A DNA stretch of 64,000 nucleotides from Candidatus Poribacteria bacterium (GTDB lineage: Bacteria; Poribacteria; WGA-4E; WGA-3G), in the NCBI GenBank assembly GCA_963663765.2, contig CAXXUA010000007.1, positions 32,001 to 96,000 on the forward strand, given 5' to 3'. Below the pieces are notes generated by a model. The model saw only the letters and a list, made by a program, of their open reading frames with translations, was not told the origin of the DNA and did not search any database. The position numbers and the translations under genes are program-made. Below, one piece after another: positions 61,091 to 64,000 of the stretch; position 1 is the stretch's first letter; each line of letters starts with the position of its first letter.

Positions 61091-61967
61091 GAGCGTATCT
61101 CATAAATATTTTAGTGACATACGTATGCAAGCAAGAAGTACAAAACCTAAATAATTTTCAGCGTAGTATTCCCAACGAACAACTAAACGCCGATAATCCT
61201 CTAACCAACTGAAAAATCTTTCTACTTTGAAACGACGCTTATACCGTCGTAAACGCCGACCATCCTGTGTAGCCTGTTTTTTACGATTCTTTTTATGAGG
61301 TGCTACCATTTCAATACCACGTTCCCTCAAAGAAGCATCTAAAGGATCAGAGTCATAAGCTTTGTCCCCAATCAACACTGCGGGGTTTTCGGATGTCCAA
61401 CACGCATCCAATGCCGGTTCAACCAAGCGCACTTCATGACAAGAAGCCTTTGTAATCAGAACACTCACAGGTCTACCAGACTTTTCTGTAATCGCTACCA
61501 GTTTTGTCCCTTTGCCGCACTTCGTTGGACCAACACAAATGCCTCCTTTCTTGGCAGGAACGAATTTCGCATCAATACAACACTCACTCATATTTATTTT
61601 TTTTCGTTTTTCAAGCATTTCTGTGAGTACCATTTGAACTTTTTCAAGCGTTCCATCCGATGACCATTGCTGAAAACGACGATGACAGGTTTGATAGGGT
61701 GGATACTTTTCTGGTAAATCCCGCCAGGGAGCTCCTGTTCGCAACACCCACAGTATCCCATCTAACACTTCTCTATTACCACGCCAAGGTCTCCCCGGTT
61801 TATCCGATGGTGGTTCTGGCATTAGGGGTTCAATAATTTCCCATTCCTTATCACTAAGTTCCATTCAAATCATCCCCTTACTTATAGTAGAAATAGATAT
61901 AGTTTAGCAGAGATGATGAGAAATTAAAAGAAAAAATCAAACCATTTAATATTTATGAGATACGCTC
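61091..61967 (-). mobile_element. IS5 family (IS427-like) insertion sequence
   Basis: TIR GAGCGTATCTCATAAATATT at both ends, flanked by TA; encodes a transposase. Confidence 0.93.
61100..61864 (-). CDS. IS5 family transposase
   Basis: LSDKEW, LRTGAPWRDLP, CIDA, GDKAYD, R..VERFFSWL..YRRL. Confidence 0.95.
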   Translation of the reverse strand: MELSDKEWEIIEPLMPEPPSDKPGRPWRGNREVLDGILWVLRTGAPWRDLPEKYPPYQTCHRRFQQWSSDGTLEKVQMVLTEMLEKRKKINMSECCIDAKFVPAKKGGICVGPTKCGKGTKLVAITEKSGRPVSVLITKASCHEVRLVEPALDACWTSENPAVLIGDKAYDSDPLDASLRERGIEMVAPHKKNRKKQATQDGRRLRRYKRRFKVERFFSWLEDYRRLVVRWEYYAENYLGFVLLACIRMSLKYL

Positions 61968-62129
61968 TAATATAACAACGATTTTCCATCTATTTTGATG
62001 ATATTTATTCTAAATCAGGGTTAGAAACCCTTCCTACAAGAGTATTCCGATGTAGGTAGTAACTTGACGACTTGTGCCAGTTAACCCATTGTTTTCAAAG
62101 TTTTTACATATATTAGGTTTATAATGCGC

Positions 62130-62342
62130 ACATATCGTCCCTACCAAATCAACGCCAAATGCGCCAAATCAACGGTATGAATGCCATTAAGGCATTCCCC
62201 GTATGGCATTTGTCGGGACTAAAGAGGATGTACTATGACGTTTTTCTATAAACATATCGTCCCTACCAAATCAACGCCAAATGCGCCAAATCAACGGTAT
62301 GAATGCCATTAAGGCATTCCCCGTATGGCATTTGGCGGGACT
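62130..62342. repeat. Two copies (period 122 bp) of a REP unit, each carrying nested mini-elements
   Basis: 91-bp units at 62130-62220 and 62252-62342 with 1 mismatch; empty homologue at 18097-18116. Confidence 0.9.
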
Positions 62343-62527
62343 GAAGATCGTTTCAAACTATGAAGGACACCTGCAAAACGTCATGCTTATGTGAAACAAT
62401 GATTAACATATAGTTATTTAGCACAACTCGTTAACTTGGGTTATAATAAAATCATTATATTTTGAAATATCAAGATAATAATGTCTATAGAACTATGGTT
62501 TAAATGTTGTGAATCTATATAGAGATG

Positions 62528-63238
62528 TTAGATGACTTCACAGGTGCATGCGTTTACTGGACAGGTTCCAGCAGTACATAGTTTTGGCATTGGGACGACA
62601 ACATTGGGGAAGGGTATGTCAGTATCTGGTAGTCGTAGTTCTTTGTATGATGCTTTTAATATAGAGATTGCTGACTTTAGGAAAATTGTTGTGATGAGCA
62701 AACCTACAATGATATCTGGCAGTTTGGATTGTGTTACAGCAACAAATGCGGCAGCCAAAAAGACGCTTGTATTTGCAATGATGTCATTACGCGAACACAC
62801 CCAAGTAGAATGCATGTTTATATCGTCTGTTTTGTGACTGGATAGGAGAAACAGACAACTTGCATTTGCAATCAAGGCGATGACACTCATTATAATCATG
62901 AAGTGAGATTCTGGGATACCACCAGCGAGAAATCTATATATACTCTGGATCAAGACACCGATACCAAAGATAGCCATGATGCTACCTTTAAGCATTGCCG
63001 AACCTACCCGCCAACGATGACTCTTACCAATAGCATAAAGACTGAATCCATAGACCAGCGTATCACTCAGCATGTCAAGCGAATCGGCTTGCAGCGCAAC
63101 GGAACCTGCCATTATACCAACGATTAATTCCAAGCAGAACATTGCACCGTTGATTCCAAGTACAATCCATAAAGTTTTGGACTGTTTTTCACGGAGTTCT
63201 TCAAGTTCATCTGCTTTATCGTGACAGCAATTATCCAT
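62528..63238 (-). CDS. Cation diffusion facilitator (short CDF) metal transporter
   Basis: SVALQADSLDMLSD, CSRND, PDIIVG; Cys-rich N- and C-termini. Confidence 0.88.
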   Translation of the reverse strand: MDNCCHDKADELEELREKQSKTLWIVLGINGAMFCLELIVGIMAGSVALQADSLDMLSDTLVYGFSLYAIGKSHRWRVGSAMLKGSIMAIFGIGVLIQSIYRFLAGGIPESHFMIIMSVIALIANASCLFLLSSHKTDDINMHSTWVCSRNDIIANTSVFLAAAFVAVTQSKLPDIIVGLLITTIFLKSAISILKASYKELRLPDTDIPFPNVVVPMPKLCTAGTCPVNACTCEVI

Positions 63239-63326
63239 AATAATCTCAATATCTCACATCACACTATGTAATGGTGTATTCTGGTTTATTATGTTACCAT
63301 TTTTATGAGTAAAACACCAGTTTACT

Positions 63327-64000
63327 TCAAAAATATATCCATAAAGAGGTAAAGAAAAGGTTAGGATATGTCCCAAATTCTGATTGGAATTGCGTTGGGT
63401 CATTATTCTTTGGAGGTTTTCCGATGCTTAACATACCACCAACAGATATGTGAATATCCTCAACAATATTATAACCAATCTGAGAGACAAGCCATGCAGA
63501 TGTATCATTTAGATTTAACAGCAATTGACCACTGAAACTGATTAGTGGTGTGAGTTGGTGTGTGACACCAGGAGCAAGATAGTGAACTCCGAGTAAATAA
63601 ACGGCACCACGGGTGTATGCAGATTGTTCAATATTTTCCAGAAAATCTTCAGGTATGGTTACACCTGCGCCATTAAAGTGGTATTCAATAAATGCATAAG
63701 TCTCTCCACCGAAACTATAGTCAAAACCGATAGAGGAACGTAGATAGTTGTCAGATACATTTGTATCGTCTGCAAAAACTTCCGGTAAGACATAAGCAGT
63801 TTCCAACCAGAAACCTGCACCACCGATTCCGCGAGTTATATCCAGACCTATAAGCAGATCCCTCTGATATTCCAGAAGTAAGATAGAATAATCGGTTTCA
63901 GCTGCATTTAATTGTGTACGTAGAAAAAATGCACTCTTGTCTAAGTTGAAATTGCTTCCAATTACATATCCAGTGTCTATTTCACCGAGTATACCGACTG
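63327..64000 (-). CDS. Putative outer-membrane beta-barrel protein, 3' part (5' end beyond the window)
   Basis: Amphipathic strands, EYHFNG, SEFGTYP, C-terminal aromatic WIYF. Confidence 0.6.
   Translation of the reverse strand, partial: VGILGEIDTGYVIGSNFNLDKSAFFLRTQLNAAETDYSILLLEYQRDLLIGLDITRGIGGAGFWLETAYVLPEVFADDTNVSDNYLRSSIGFDYSFGGETYAFIEYHFNGAGVTIPEDFLENIEQSAYTRGAVYLLGVHYLAPGVTHQLTPLISFSGQLLLNLNDTSAWLVSQIGYNIVEDIHISVGGMLSIGKPPKNNDPTQFQSEFGTYPNLFFTSLWIYF

Noticed and set aside
1-64000. tRNA, rRNA, prophage or integrase
   Set aside because: None recognised by eye; tRNAscan-SE and Infernal would be needed to exclude small RNAs.

Overview
Bacterial chromosomal window, almost all on the - strand. 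The gene content (secreted WD40 proteins with an LPEGAxARLGKG-type leader, a cadherin/LRR surface protein with a FlgD-like/T9SS-type C-terminal domain, duplicated PhyH dioxygenases) resembles Candidatus Poribacteria; this assignment is inference. Housekeeping blocks: a MoxR-DUF58-VWA cluster, a TolC-MFP-RND efflux operon, rho-rpmE-prfA-prmC (prmC frameshifted), an actinobacterial Sdh1-type succinate dehydrogenase, and a GT3-like glycogen synthase plus branching enzyme. Accessory parts: an ABC-type ATPase + PIN pair behind a 4x56-bp leader array, a sensor-less sigma-54 activator with a divergent orphan -24/-12 promoter, an intact IS5, two MITE families with 9-bp target duplications and many GTAG-type REPs. 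Two signals stand out. (1) A ~35-45 bp AAATCAACG+hairpin mini-element occurs at six sites, always in the same orientation, flanked by CG and nested inside another hairpin or repeat, up to three levels deep. (2) Secreted WD40 arrays have DNA-homogenised scaffolds and hypervariable surface codons, in a locus littered with shuffled domain relics. No rRNA, tRNA, CRISPR array or reverse transcriptase was found.
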